A stretch of DNA of 64,000 nt from Octopus vulgaris (GCA_951406725.2 OX597838.1:2542001-2606000); one strand, 5' to 3'. Shown: positions 43,281 to 57,920, counted from the first letter of the stretch. A program made the numbers and translations. The notes: generated from the letters alone by a model not told the origin.

Positions 43281-43420
43281 TGTATTTCGCCTGTCCTTAC
43301 GTTCTGAGTTCAAATTCCGCCGTGATCCACTTTGCCTTTCATCCTTTCGGAGTCGATAAATTAAGTACCTGTAACGTATGCGGTCGATCTAATCGACTGG
43401 CACCCACCCATAAAATTTCC
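43281..43420 (+). mobile_element. SINE family A, 5'-truncated
   Basis: ttacgttctgagttcaaattccgcc...tttgcctttcatcctttcggagtcgataaattaagtacc. Confidence 0.88.
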
Positions 43421-44985
43421 CGTGACCCGTTGCGAAAATTTCCCGTGACCCGCGTATAATGAAGTTCACAGTAAAGGGCAGGAACTTTTGGTTTCACTGC
43501 TTCAATCTGTGGGAGCACACCCTAAAAAACTGCGTATCTCAGGAATCTGTCGTCCGATTTACGCCACTTTCCTGTTATGCGCCGGTTTGGCTGTATTAAA
43601 TTACAGACAAGCACGCACGCAAATAAGCAAGCGATCACAGAGTTTTAGTAGTACATAGATATATCATGTACACATATGCTTGTAAGAATGTATCTACGTA
43701 TTTATGCGTGTATATGCGTGTATACATGTGTGTGTATGTATGAGTGTATTGTGTCATGTATAATCCGGTATGGTCATATTGCATCTAAGGTGAGCCTTGT
43801 AAATGATGAACAAAATATATATTAAAGAAAATATGTAGCTCCACCAAGGCTGTAGTCAGATTCCGTGTGATATTCAGTTGCAACGCTTTACATTCTGAGT
43901 TCGAACCCCACTGAGGCCAGCTTTGACTCTCCGCTCTTGCAGGGTCGATGTAACTAACTCACTCACAGTCTCTTCCTTTCACTCAAACTGTGGCTTCGTA
44001 TCCCTTTGTTGTTGTTGTTGTTGTTGCTGCTGCTGCCGCTGTTGCTGCTACTGCAACTGCTGCTACTACTGCTGCTGCTAATACTGCTGCTGCTGCTACT
44101 TCTTAAGACACGGTTTCTAATTAATCTAGTTATTCTGTAGAAAACCAAACTATTATTTTTCTGCTGGTAAAAGTCACTGAGGTTAGAAAGCACTTTTCTT
44201 CGCTCACTGATGAGCAGTGATAAGATCGGAACATGTCCGTCGATGACAACTTACATGCGAACGGGGATTATATTCTTAATCTGAACTAAAAACTGAATTT
44301 TCTGAGGAAGGAAATCTAACTTATTTGCAGTTACCTCCCCTTTACTTCGAACATGTCTACCTAACGTCACTAGGTGTTTTGTGCTGCTTTTACAGATCAG
44401 ATGGACATTAATTCATAAATACACTTTGTGAATGTCATTCTGTCCAACAAAACTTATCTGGTTTACGAGTACAATGGTTTGGTGCTCACTCATATCTACT
44501 GAAGAGAATACTGCTTATCTGCCTGTTTGTTTGTGTGTGTGTGTGTTTGTTTTGGTGTGTCCTTGGTTCCATTGTGTGTGTGTGCGCGCGTGTGCGCGTG
44601 TGTGTGTGCGTGTCCAACGACGTCGTAGAGATAAAGACGGCCATATTCCGTCGTACCGAGTGCTTCGAAGTCATAAAAGTATCAGAAATCTATGAGATGA
44701 TATTTTATTATATGAAGAGGACATAATTAAAGAACATAGTACAGAGACGCTCACCGTGTCTGTTGGACACAGAGAGACACAAACACACAAACACACACAA
44801 ACACACATACACACACACACACACACACGCACACATATGTCTACGTGTGTGTGTGTGTGTGTGTTTGTCTAACAGAAATCAATATTCTGCCATTACTTCC
44901 AGAATATTTTCATGCAAGCTTTATATAATGTCCTCGACAAATATACGTAAATAATAGTAGAGAAACTCGGAGTTATAAAACATAA

Positions 44986-45114
<129 letters not shown>

Positions 45115-45659
45115 GTTCGTCTGTGTATGCACTTATATACAGATATAAATGTGTTTGTAGAGCTTAGCCGTTAGAATTCGTTAGAATCACGGCTCATCAG
45201 CTGGTAGGGGGCCAAAAACGGTTAGGTTCGATAACATAAAGCTGAAAGTGAGGTAAACATCACGGAAGGCATTAAATGTTGGTAGGATAGTGTAGATATG
45301 CAAGTATCAAATCCAATTTAAACCAAAGATCCGACTGCATACTTTGTTGTCTTTGTTGTGGCGCAGATTTAAAAATTAACCACAAATGGAATTTGAAATT
45401 CACGACAGCTGTTTCGATAGAATGTTATATACATAAATACATACATACATACATACATACATACATACATACATACATAAAAGCATGCATACATACATAC
45501 ATACATACATACATACATACATACATAGATACATACATACATACATACATACATACATACATACATACATACATACATACATACATACATACATGCATGC
45601 ATTTTAGGTGCTTTGTCGTATACGAGCAAAACCACTGCTAGAAAGAATCACTGAAATGC

Positions 45660-45860
45660 GTCACTGGTGATGCAATGTGAGGCGCTTGTGTGATTCTTGT
45701 GCCCGGCCAACGATTTGCCCATTCTATTGTATAAAGCACAGCAATGCTGGCTTGCAGAGGGTGCCACAGGTACCACACTGTGGATTCTCTTGACACGCCT
45801 TTTCAGTCCTCCAACTGAGAGGCACACCGTTCCACTTGTTGCATATGTTCTGTTGTGACC
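45660..45860 (-). mobile_element. RTE-like LINE C-terminal fragment with degenerate C2H2 fingers
   Basis: ORF 45648-46019 contains CLSVGGLKRRVKRIH and CALYNRMGKSLAGHKNH, decayed versions of C..C.R.C.S.AGL.SH fingers found at RTE ORF ends. Confidence 0.55.
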
Positions 45861-46509
45861 AATAACCATATCACAATTGACCATGGGTCGATTCCTGTGA
45901 GTTCTGTGATGGCTGACCAGGACCGCCCGACTCAAGCACCCCCTCCCACACCCCCTCATTGCCTCATTTTCCACACCTCCGTTTCTTTTAAGCCTTCTCT
46001 GAATCTTTTCCTGCTTCATTTTCTCTCTCTTTCAAACCCCAAACAACCCCGTTGTTGCACTATTGTCCCTCCATCCACCTCGGTCATGTGCCCCTCCTCT
46101 CCCAATCTACAGCTGGGTGTGAATGTGCATGTATATATAATATACAGCAACCCCGAGTAGAGGGGACGACACGAATACATAAATAAAATACGTTCTTTTC
46201 TTTTCTAACATAGTCTGTAGTAAGCGGAACAGTAGGGATATGTAAAACTTTTCTAAGTCTTTAGCATGTCTCTCATTCCCACTTCTGCTATCCATCTATG
46301 GAGTTGCCAGTCTTTGTTAGAAACCAGATATTTCTTTGGCGGACTAATTCTAATAATTACAAAGCAAAATTACGAAAGACACGTATGAACACGTATACGT
46401 ATATACAACTACACGTCAGTACACTCATAAATACACATATGTATATACACATACCCACACCCTAGCACATACAAATACCTATACATATATATATACATAC
46501 ATACATACA

Positions 46510-46541
<32 letters not shown>

Positions 46542-46696
46542 CTATAAATATATATACGCACACACGCACACACACACATTCATAGCGACACTAAGACACT
46601 CATATATACATGTGCACGAATGTAGCTCTGTTTCAATGTGCGTGTGTATGTATGTGTGTGTGTGTGCATGCGTGTGTATGTATGTTTGTGTGTGCA

Positions 46697-46779
<83 letters not shown>

Positions 46780-46879
46780 CCACATGTGAAAAGCCATAAT
46801 TACGGCCCAATTTGGAAATTGGCATGTTTGATAGTGATTAATTTTTTTCTGTCAGCAATTACGGTTTGTTGATGGAGTC

Positions 46880-46986
<107 letters not shown>

Positions 46987-47089
46987 CCTCTCTTCCCTCT
47001 CTGCAAATGCTTCACTATATGACAGTAATAAGACACTTATACTATAGACGCGCTCCTCATTCACCGACAGTTTAGACAATGATCGCTAC

Positions 47090-47139
<50 letters not shown>

Positions 47140-47586
47140 GCATCAGCATCAACAGCAGCAGCAGCAGCAGCATCACCATCACCATCAACATCATTGTCGC
47201 CGGTCGTCGTCTTCAGCGCTACGGTCGTGACCATCTTTCCTACGTGCAGCGACTGCCTTCGTCATCATTGGCATCGCCATCACCATCACGATCATCATAC
47301 TCATCACCACCTTCGACACCACCACCACCACCTACACTACTATCCTTACCACTCTAATCGTTGCCACCACAACCACCACTGCCACCACCATCACCATAAC
47401 ATCGCAACGTTTCCTACCATTACAGCGACCACTCTGATCAGCACCATCACCACCACCTCGGAGTCAAAGGTGTATTTTAATTCGTGAGTAAAGAGTGATG
47501 GCCATGGCTAGAGTGCCTCAGGTCATAGATCTGCTCAATCAGGACCAACCACAAGGATTGATTTAGAAAATACGTGTAGGTTCGTC

Positions 47587-47774
47587 CTGTAATTTGAGGG
47601 GAGGGGATAGTCGATTAAATCGATCTCAGTACTTGACTGGTACTTCATTTATCGGCCCCGAAAGGGTGGAAGGCAAAGTGACCTCAGCGAAATTTGAACT
47701 CAGAACGTAAAGGCAGACGAAATGCCGTGAAGCGTTTCGCCCGGCGTGTTAACGACTCTGCCAGTTCGCCGCCT
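47587..47774 (-). mobile_element. SINE family A
   Basis: ctggtacttcatttatcggccccgaaagggtggaaggcaaagt...aatttgaactcagaacgtaaag...gccagttcgccgcc. Confidence 0.88.
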
Positions 47775-47804
47775 TTAATCCTTTCTAATATACGCACATA
47801 TATC

Positions 47805-48228
47805 TTTTACCTTCTTCTTGTTGCAGTCATCAGGATGCGGTCATGCTGGGGCACCGCCTTGTAGAATTTTAGTCGAACGGCTCGATACCAATATTATTAT
47901 CAATTTGTTTATTTGCATTTTCGTAAGCCCAGTACTTATACTACCGATCTCTTTCGAGGACATAAATACACCAACACCGGTTGTCAAGTGGTGGTGGTGG
48001 TGGAGAAACACAAACACAAGGACACACACACGCACACACACACACATACACACACGGACACGGACACACATACGCGGACACACAGAGGTTTCTTTCGGGT
48101 TCTGTCCATCAAAATGTGGTTTTGATCGACCCGAAGCTATTGTCGAAGACACTTGCCCAAGTTTTTTCTCGGTGGGATCGAACTAGGAACGACACGGCTA
48201 CAAAGCGAGCATCTTTACTCCAAAGCCA
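47805..48228 (-). mobile_element. SINE family B, full length, diverged
   Basis: gcggtcatgctggggcaccgcc...tagtcgaa, internal (CA)n, gaagacacttgcccaag...gggatcgaac. Confidence 0.8.
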
Positions 48229-48977
48229 TAATGACACTTAAGAGACAGCGACCCAGTAAACGCCATTTTCTTTTTTACGATGGAACAACGGTTTTATGTC
48301 TACCAGTTGCTAGCTCAGAGATGTTAATCCGGTTTCTATTGTGTTGCTAACAATTGGTTGCGGCATTAGAGCAAATAATAACGGCCCTGTTGCTGCTTGC
48401 GGCAGCAGCGGCGGTGGTAGTGATGATGGTGGTAGTGGTGGTGGAGGTGGCGATGGTGGTTGTGTTTTAGCGTCGTAATACAACGAGATATGGAAATTTT
48501 ATGATTAACTCCTAATTTGTAGGGAGGATTTAAGTACAAAATACTGATGTACCCTATACCCGGTATTAAATATATAACGAAAATAAACAAAACATACCCA
48601 AACCATTCTTAGAAGTTCGAAGGAAAAAGCATCTTAATTTTATGTCATAAAACAGAATGCATCAGCTTTTAACGGCCATGGTTGTATGTCCGCCATTTTA
48701 TTGATTCCCAAACCACAAAATAGCTTCAACTACAACAACACTGAAATGAATAAAATATTGAACTGTAAATGAAGACATCTAAGTACAGTTACCGGGGGCG
48801 GGGTAGGGAGGGGTTGGGATGAATCAGGTTAGCAAACAGTAGAGTTTTATGTCGTCTGCCGACTTGCTAGAAATAGCAGCCGACGGTTTTTAACAAATAA
48901 ATGGAGGGATTGCCATCAGGACATTGGATTCTGTGTAGTCCTGTGTAAATCGTCTTTTTTTTAAATCTTATATCGTG

Positions 48978-49560
48978 TGCTTGTTTCCGTTACTAGACTG
49001 CGGCCATGCTAGAGCAACGCTTCGAAGAAATTTGAGTCGAATGAATCGATCATTGTACTGATTGCTTTTTGTTGTTGTTGTTGTTGTTGTTTTTTAACAC
49101 CAGGTGCATATTATATATTTCTCCTTTGCCGAACTGCTAAGTCACTGCAACATAGGCACACCAATATCAGTTTTCATGCGGTGGTGGGAGACAAACATAG
49201 ACACACACACATATAGGGGGAGAATTCACAAAAAAAATGACGAAGACAGGTGGTGTAGACAACAAACAGATGTATTAGTAATAACGCTTGGGAAATGAAA
49301 AAGACTTTAACATTTCGAGCCTCCGCTCTTCCACAGAAAGAAACAAGGAGAGAAAATAAACAATGTGTAGTGGCTATAAAGATTGTGCCTATATATATAT
49401 ACGACAGGATTTTTTCATTTTCCGTCTACGAAATCCACTCACAAGGCTTTGATCGGCGCAAGGCTATAGTAGAGGACACTTGCTCGCCCAAAGTGCCATG
49501 CAGTGGGACTGAACCCGGAACAATGTGGTTGAGAAGCAAGCTTCTAACAAAAACGGCCCA
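48978..49560 (-). mobile_element. SINE family B interrupted by a family P insertion
   Basis: gactgcggccatgctagagca...gccgaactgctaagt, then after the insertion aatccactcacaaggctttg...gcagtgggactgaacccggaac. Confidence 0.85.
49214..49390 (-). mobile_element. PLE-like family P copy with hammerhead variant at 49305-49340
   Basis: minus strand CUUU CUGUGGA A GAGC GGAG GCUC GAAA UG UU AAAG; nested in the internal TA tract of a SINE. Confidence 0.75.
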
Positions 49561-49654
49561 GACATACAGACATACACACAGACACACAGACAAGCAGGCA
49601 ACAGTCAGACACATTGACACACAGACAGGCAGGTAGGCATACAAACAGACAAAG

Positions 49655-49718
<64 letters not shown>

Positions 49719-49737
49719 GAATGTATATATATATAGT

Positions 49738-49799
<62 letters not shown>

Positions 49800-49823
49800 C
49801 AGACAGACACAGACATAGATAGG

Positions 49824-49880
<57 letters not shown>

Positions 49881-51222
49881 GGATGGATGGATGGATGGAT
49901 GGATGGATGGATGGATGGATGGATAAGTCTTCGCAGAGAGATAAATCGATCGACTGATTGTTACGTTGAGTGCTTATCAGTGTCAAGTCAATTATAGAAG
50001 AGTTTATTGCAACCACGAAATCATCAGAAGTAAACCATGGAGATGGGATGAGGGAGGGCAGGGGGTGTAATTGCTAATGAGGGAGTGGTGGGAAGGGTGC
50101 AGGTTGATTGAGGCGGTGGGGGCGGGGGATAGATTTGGGTGGTGATGGTTGTGTGTTGGGTAGGAGGGAGTTTAAGGAAGAAGAATAAGAATAAGAAGGA
50201 GGAGGAGGAGAAGAAGAAGAAGGAGAAGGAGAAGAAGAAGAAGAAGAAGAAGAAGAAGAAGAAGAAGAAAAAAGAAGACGAAGAAAAAGACGAAGAAAAA
50301 GAAAAAGAAGAAGAAGAAGAAGAAGAAGAAGAAGAAGAAGAAGAAGAAGAAGGAGAAGAAGAAGAAGAGGAAGAAGAAGAAGGAGAAGAAGAAGAAGAAG
50401 TAGTCAACCGTAATTGATCAGCTGATGATGAAAGGCATTCCAGTCGTGACCAACTCCTCTGTGCAAGGAATCGAAATCCAGATTCTCCTGTATGTGTCCC
50501 CCTGTCGAGGATGGACGATTAAGTGTGAATTGATAAAGCTCTGGTTGCTATTTCTAGCAACTCCACTGACTACGTGGATGTTACTTCGTGAGAAGTTCGT
50601 GTTGATGGTGGTGGTGGTGGTGATGGTGGTTGTGGTGGTGATGGAGATGGTGGTTGTGGTGGTGGTGGTGGTGGTTGTGGTGGTGGTGGTTGTGGTGGTG
50701 GTGGTGGTGGTGGTGGTTGTGGTTGTGGTGGTAAGAATAGTGGATCTAGCGTCTCTTGAAGGGAAATTCAGCGAAGATGATGGAGGAGGAGGAGTAGGAA
50801 GGGGAGTAGGAAGGGGATGATGTAATTTGTCCAATGTCTTCAACAGTCGTTTCAATTTAAGATAATTACCACGTCAGTATTTCTCTCTCATGAGGTAGGT
50901 AATGAGTTCGTGTCAGGCACGCTGAACATTACTCCGCATCCGCCCTCCTCCCACTCCTCCTCCTTCTTCTTTTTCTTTTCCTTCTTCTTCTTCTTCTTCT
51001 TCTTCTTCTTCTTCAACAGCGCTGCCACCAAGACAAAGCCGACCACCACCACCACCACCATAAGACCATCAATGCCAACAGCATCAACAACAGCAACAGC
51101 ACAGCCGTCACTGTCATCATCATTATCATCAACAACATCCATCTCTATCAACATCATCACTATCATTACTATCGCTAGCAATCTCAAGCCGTGGAAGAAG
51201 GAGAAGAAGGAGAAGAAGAAGA

Positions 51223-51254
<32 letters not shown>

Positions 51255-51293
51255 TAGTGGTGGTGGTGGTGGTGGTGGTGGTAGTTGTAGTAA

Positions 51294-51355
<62 letters not shown>

Positions 51356-52064
51356 ATATTTGAGGTGGGAGTCGGTATTCAGAGGTCATTATTTCATTGA
51401 CGACTTTGAGTTAATGATTTAAATTTCCAGTCACATGCAATTACTTGTTCCCACACACACACGAACGCCCGCGAGAACTTGCGCCGGCATACACGTGTGT
51501 GAGTGTGTGTGTGTGTGTGCGTGAGAGTGTGTGCGTAAGTGTGTGTGTGTGAGTGTATGTGTGTGAATGTGTATGTGTGTAGGACATTAAAAATAAAAAT
51601 GAAGAATTGTACATCTCCAAAATCTTGTTTATTACAGATTTATATACAATGCGTTCACTCTAAATCTCAGCCCGACACCTGTTTCTGGTGCATAAATAGG
51701 CAGCGTATGACATCGAAATGCATTCAGTTCGGTCAATTGCATTGTACGTATGTACGTATGTACCTATGCATGGATGTATCTGTGTATGTAAGTACATATG
51801 CACAGTATACATGTATACATAAATAGATATATATGTGTATGTGAGTGTGCGAAAAGTGTGTGTATGTGTGTACAAATATGGGTGCGTGTACATAAGCAGA
51901 GATGTGTTTTCTGTGAGAGAATGGAATTTTTGTACGTGAAAAAGCGATTTATCGAACATCTAGACTACCAGACTACAGACTAATGGCATGAAACGCCAAT
52001 TTGAAGATATTTATGCGCTTTGAGCGTATTTGCGTGTCTGGTTGCTCTAGTCTCTGTGTGTTTG

Positions 52065-52110
<46 letters not shown>

Positions 52111-52111
<1 letters not shown>

Positions 52112-52569
52112 TTTATAATTTATGCGTCTCTAAACAAACCGACAGAAATTTCTAAAAAATCCGTTATTACCGTATTGGTCCAATTTCGGGTTAATTCAAA
52201 GAATTCTCCCCTCTTCAGCAATAAATACGTGGGATATAAGTGAAATACTTACTCATACCCATGGAAAAAGCAAGCACAGGACTTAGTGCTTACTTTTTCC
52301 ATGGGTATGAGTAAGTATTTCACTTATATCCCACGTATTTATTGCTGAAGAGGGGAGAATTCTTTGAATTAACCCCGAAATTGGACCAATACGGTAATAA
52401 CGGATTTTTTAGAAATTTCTGTCGGTTTGTTTAGAGACGCATAAATTATAATGATTATTGACAATTTTTGTATTTTTTTCGGAATATTTGGCATTAGAAT
52501 TTTTCTTTTGCCCTTATCTTGTAAATTATTTATAAATTTAACCTTTAAAGGTATTTTTTGATATGCTGG

Positions 52570-52570
<1 letters not shown>
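52111..52570. mobile_element. palindromic Penelope-like remnant with ~165-bp inverted arms (52113-52277 / 52286-52451) and an 8-nt loop
   Basis: arms are reverse complements apart from one substitution and one 1-nt indel; the right arm continues ~120 nt; (TA)n on both flanks. Confidence 0.85.
52339..52397 (+). ncRNA. canonical type I hammerhead ribozyme motif (mirror on - strand at ~52166-52223)
   Basis: UUAUUG CUGAAGA GGGG agaauucuuugaauuaa CCCC GAAA UUGG A CCAA UA CGGUAA: intact core, stem II GGGG/CCCC, quasi-palindromic stem III AUUGG-A-CCAAU, AUA cleavage after 52391, stem I with 2 G.U pairs. Confidence 0.85.
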
Positions 52571-52605
<35 letters not shown>

Positions 52606-52612
52606 CGGGAAG

Positions 52613-52655
<43 letters not shown>

Positions 52656-52738
52656 GATAGATAGATCGATAGACTGATAGATAGATGGTTGGATAGAGCG
52701 AGACAGACAGACAGACAGATTGTATATATGTATATGTA

Positions 52739-52820
<82 letters not shown>

Positions 52821-52846
52821 TGTATGTATGTATGTATGTATGTATG

Positions 52847-52930
<84 letters not shown>

Positions 52931-53605
52931 CTGTATTTGCTTTCTATATAATCATTCATAAAATGATCCACCATTCAACAGAAGAAGGAAACACTACATA
53001 TAATTAATTACTAAATAGATTTTGCAAAGATTTGTCTGACAGTGACTTCGAAGTTTCCGTAGTAACCGACTTCTTCGAACCAATTTTACTCTTTTTTTCA
53101 CTCGTTATAATTATATCCATTTCGCATGCCATATCTTACCACTTTGTTATGAATCCCAGCAAAATCGATAGACACGATTTGAATTCCGTTAAAAACGGAG
53201 CCCCAGTATGGCCGTACTCCAGCACCAGTGACAGAATAACAGAATATAAGAATATAATGAAAGAATTACCATAGAGGTCACACAGTGTGACAATATGGCG
53301 TCATTTCCTCTCTTAGAAATTATGAATTGCTGAGGTCTACAGTGGAAATATAAATTTTACAGTTCTCATCGCTAATATGTCATCCATTTTGTTTGTTTTG
53401 TACCACGTGATCGCTGCCTTTCTCCCCCTCTCTCCTTCTCTGACACAAAATATTTTCGACTTTATTTATCCGTTTCTGTGGCTCTTTCGACATCCCTGTC
53501 TCTCTCTCTCTCTCTTTCTATCTCTATCTCTCTACCGATCTATCTATTTGTGTATCTATCTGTCTATTTATCTATCTATCAATGCATCTACCTACGTGTG
53601 TTTGC

Positions 53606-53637
<32 letters not shown>

Positions 53638-53830
53638 GTCTAGCTTTTGTATCCGTCTGTCTAACTATTTGTCTTTTTCACTCCTACAAATTTGAAAATA
53701 TTTCAAATACATTCACCTCGATGTCAGAATATTGTTTCAGATATTTTTAATACATCATCAATTATATGTGTGCAAATATATACATACATATATTTATATA
53801 TGATATATGATATTACATGATATACATACA

Positions 53831-53874
<44 letters not shown>

Positions 53875-54067
53875 CACACATATATACGTGTTTAGAACAC
53901 AAGCTTCTTACCAGTCAGCCACGCCTACGCCGAAAAAGTGCAACTTATTTACACAATAAATAATCTAAGGAATATTTTGCGAGGTAAATATTGTGAGGGT
54001 AAAGATCACGCTGAGGAATTTCCTGACGATGGGTCTTTTTATGGATGTGCAGCAGATGCAGAAGGGA

Positions 54068-54150
54068 GACTCGAGGACTGAGAGTTTCGTGCATTGGCAC
54101 TTCTCAGACTTTGATGGGTGCCAATTCACGAAACTTTCGGTTCGTGAGTT
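54068..54150 (+). ncRNA. candidate pri-miRNA hairpin
   Basis: 35-position stem (26 Watson-Crick, 7 G.U, 2 mismatches), 13-nt loop, CNNC (ctac 54157-54160) 18 nt after the predicted 3p end; not a family I recognise. Confidence 0.55.
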
Positions 54151-55140
54151 ATTCTGCTACATACTCTGTGTTATTTTTGCTAAATGCTAATAGACACACA
54201 CACACACACAAACATACATACAAATATATATATATATATATGCATATACATATATATATATATAAACGATATAGATATAGGTAGATAGAGAGATAGATGG
54301 GCATATGCATGCATACGTACATACATATATACGTACATAAAATATATACATAAATACATAGATACAAGCATACATATGTACATACACACACACACATACA
54401 TACATGCATGCATACATACATGTATACATAAATACATGAATACATACATACATGCATACATACATACATACATACATACATACATACATACATACATACA
54501 TACATACATACATACATACATACATACATACATACATACATACATACGTACATACATACATACATACATACATACATACATACATACAAATGTGCGTACT
54601 ACAAAACATAGGTATATTGAAGCATATGTGATAATGATAGACAGGGAGAGGTGTATATATTTGCGTGTTTGTGTTCATATATATTTCGAGTGTGCGCGCC
54701 TAAACAATTCAGCGACGAAGGGAGCGAGGAGTTGGACCAGAAGGGGAGCGAGAAGGGGAAAACAAAACATGGACCTGTAGACAGTTGTATATATTCCTGC
54801 ATGTGTGTGTGTGTGTGTGTGTGTGTGTATCAAGACAGACAGACACACACACAGACATACATACGTGTGAATGAGCGTGTGTTGTACAAGTGTAGAGACC
54901 TCTGCGTGTTGTGTATCAATAATATTCTAGTTTGACCTCGTTAGATGTGTCTGATCATGTTTAGCCCCGGCGCGGTGATTAAACCAGGAGTTGGTGGCGG
55001 GGGGGGGTGAGAATTGATGAATGATCAGCATAATCATGTGTGGCTAACTCTCTCAATTTCTCTCTCCCTTTATCTCTTTCTTTACACACACACACACACA
55101 TATATATGTATATACATTTATCTATATCTATCTATCTATC

Positions 55141-55171
<31 letters not shown>

Positions 55172-55192
55172 ACATATATACATAAGTATGCC

Positions 55193-55231
<39 letters not shown>

Positions 55232-55266
55232 CTGCATATATACATATATTATAGATATGTATGTAC

Positions 55267-55302
<36 letters not shown>

Positions 55303-55804
55303 TCTATATCTATATATGAACGTATTTCTGTATATACGCTTTCCAAATATATGTATATACATATGTATGATTACATGTATGTATGTATGCTTGCATGTGT
55401 ATATATATATATATATTTGTAGATTTGTGAGTCTTCGTGTATGATTAAATTGTTTTTGTAGATACATACCGATGTACTTACACATACACACATACACACA
55501 TACACATATGTATATATAATTCCTGGATTATCCTTCATTCACTGTTCAAACTAACTAATAGCAAAAGAAAGAAACGAAATAGAAATAAAAAAACAAATTA
55601 ACGAATCAATATATAAACAAAAAACTACACTAAACAGAATAAATGAATAGAAAACTAACACGTCTAGTGGTCTCTTATAAAAACTTTACAACGAGTGGAC
55701 TTGATATGTATGCATGACTTCACGAATTTACTTGAGTGTGGCAACTTGCAAACGGGCAATAAACAAGCCGAACATAAACTACACATATAAACAGAGTCTT
55801 ATGC

Positions 55805-56002
<198 letters not shown>

Positions 56003-56558
56003 ACACGTACGTGTGTGTAGGTTTGTACGGAGGTATATTTGACTATAATTTTTAGGCGGAGGTACATAAAATATATATATATATATATATATATAATGTA
56101 TATATCTATCTAGTTATATATATATATATGTGTGGGTGTGTGTGTGTGTGTATGTATGTATGCATATTTGTATGTGTGTGTGGGTGTGTGTGTGTGTATT
56201 CTCAGAGACAGTATGTGCACTAGACGTGTAAGAAAAAAAAAAGTAAGATGTACATAAAAACAAAATACAGAATGAAATACAAGCAGTAAGTAGAATATAG
56301 CAAAGACGATATTAAAAAAAGAGAATCATCTGCGTTCTATAAATTGGTTTCTACCAATGGAGATTCTAGTGGAATAATTGTGTCAGAAGATTTGTTTTTA
56401 GCTTTTGTCTGTGTTTATATGGCTGTGTACGTGTTTGTGGGCATATTTCTATATATGCTTTTATGTGCTTAAGTGAGTGTGTATAAAGGTGTACGCTGGG
56501 GCCGTTAGTGTTGGTTACTTTTGTATATATGTATAATGCACGTATATATATGTATATA

Positions 56559-56593
<35 letters not shown>

Positions 56594-56778
56594 GTATATA
56601 TAATATATATATACATAATATATATAATATATATATATACATACATATAATATATATGCATATATATATATATGTATATATGTATATATGTATATATATA
56701 TATATGTATATATACATATATATATACACACACACATATATATATATACTTATATATATATATATATAAAAGGAGAAA

Positions 56779-56825
<47 letters not shown>

Positions 56826-56885
56826 GTATCTCTTCTGTTATATGAGTTGCTAGGTAATATGTGTTTATGCGTGTGCACATATGTT

Positions 56886-56917
<32 letters not shown>

Positions 56918-57117
56918 TATAAACATACATATATATATATATATATACTGATATATAAATGTGTGTCTTCGCGCGCGTATGATTGTTTATATATCGTATA
57001 TGCAAATGTATACACATAAAAGTTATACATATACATATATTTATGTATGTATGCGTTACTATATTTATAATCTGTGCTAGTTTATCTATTTCTATACGCA
57101 TATATATATGCATATTC

Positions 57118-57202
<85 letters not shown>

Positions 57203-57920
57203 CATGTATGCGTGTGTGTATGTGTTTGTGAGTGTATGTAAGTGTAGTTGAATGTTTGTTTATCGAATATTTGTGTGTGTGTATATGTTTCTATTTGTAT
57301 GTTTGCTATCGTTTCCATTTTTAATACCATTAGCATGAAGATGAACATTAGCACCAGAATCCTTCGTCATTATCATCAACTTCACCATTATTATCACACC
57401 TCGCCGTCATCGCCGTCACCTTCACCGACTGCTTCGTCCGCATTCTCTCATTCATCACCAACACCAACACCATGACCACTACCACCACCACCACCACCAC
57501 CACCACCACTACCACCGTTATCACCACTTTTGCTATCCTCATCGTCATCGTCCTACTCCTCCTCATCATCATCATCATTATCAGCATCATCACCATCATT
57601 AACTTTATCTTCATTATTACCATCATCATCACGATCACCATCATCATCATCATCACCATGATTAACAGCATCACCACCGACAACAACACTATTATCACCT
57701 TCATTATCATCAGTGTCATCTCAATCATAACCTTATCATCATCATCATCAACACAATATCATGTATCTATTATTATATTCGTGTGTTGCTTGTTAATATG
57801 GAGAGTGGTTATCTTTTTGTGGTGGTGGTAGTGGTGGTGCTGGTGCTGGTGGTGCTGGTGGTGCTGGTGGTGGTGCTGGTGGTGGTGCTGGTGGTGGTGC
57901 TGGTGGTGCTGGCCGTTGCT

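Noticed and set aside
43412-43660. Direct repeat aaaatttcccgtgacccg x2 and a helitron-like end (ttttagtagtacatagat)
   Set aside because: Only one putative terminus is visible; cannot be classified from sequence alone.
50891-50912. tgaggtag, let-7-like 5' end
   Set aside because: Only 8 nt match and there is no complementary arm.
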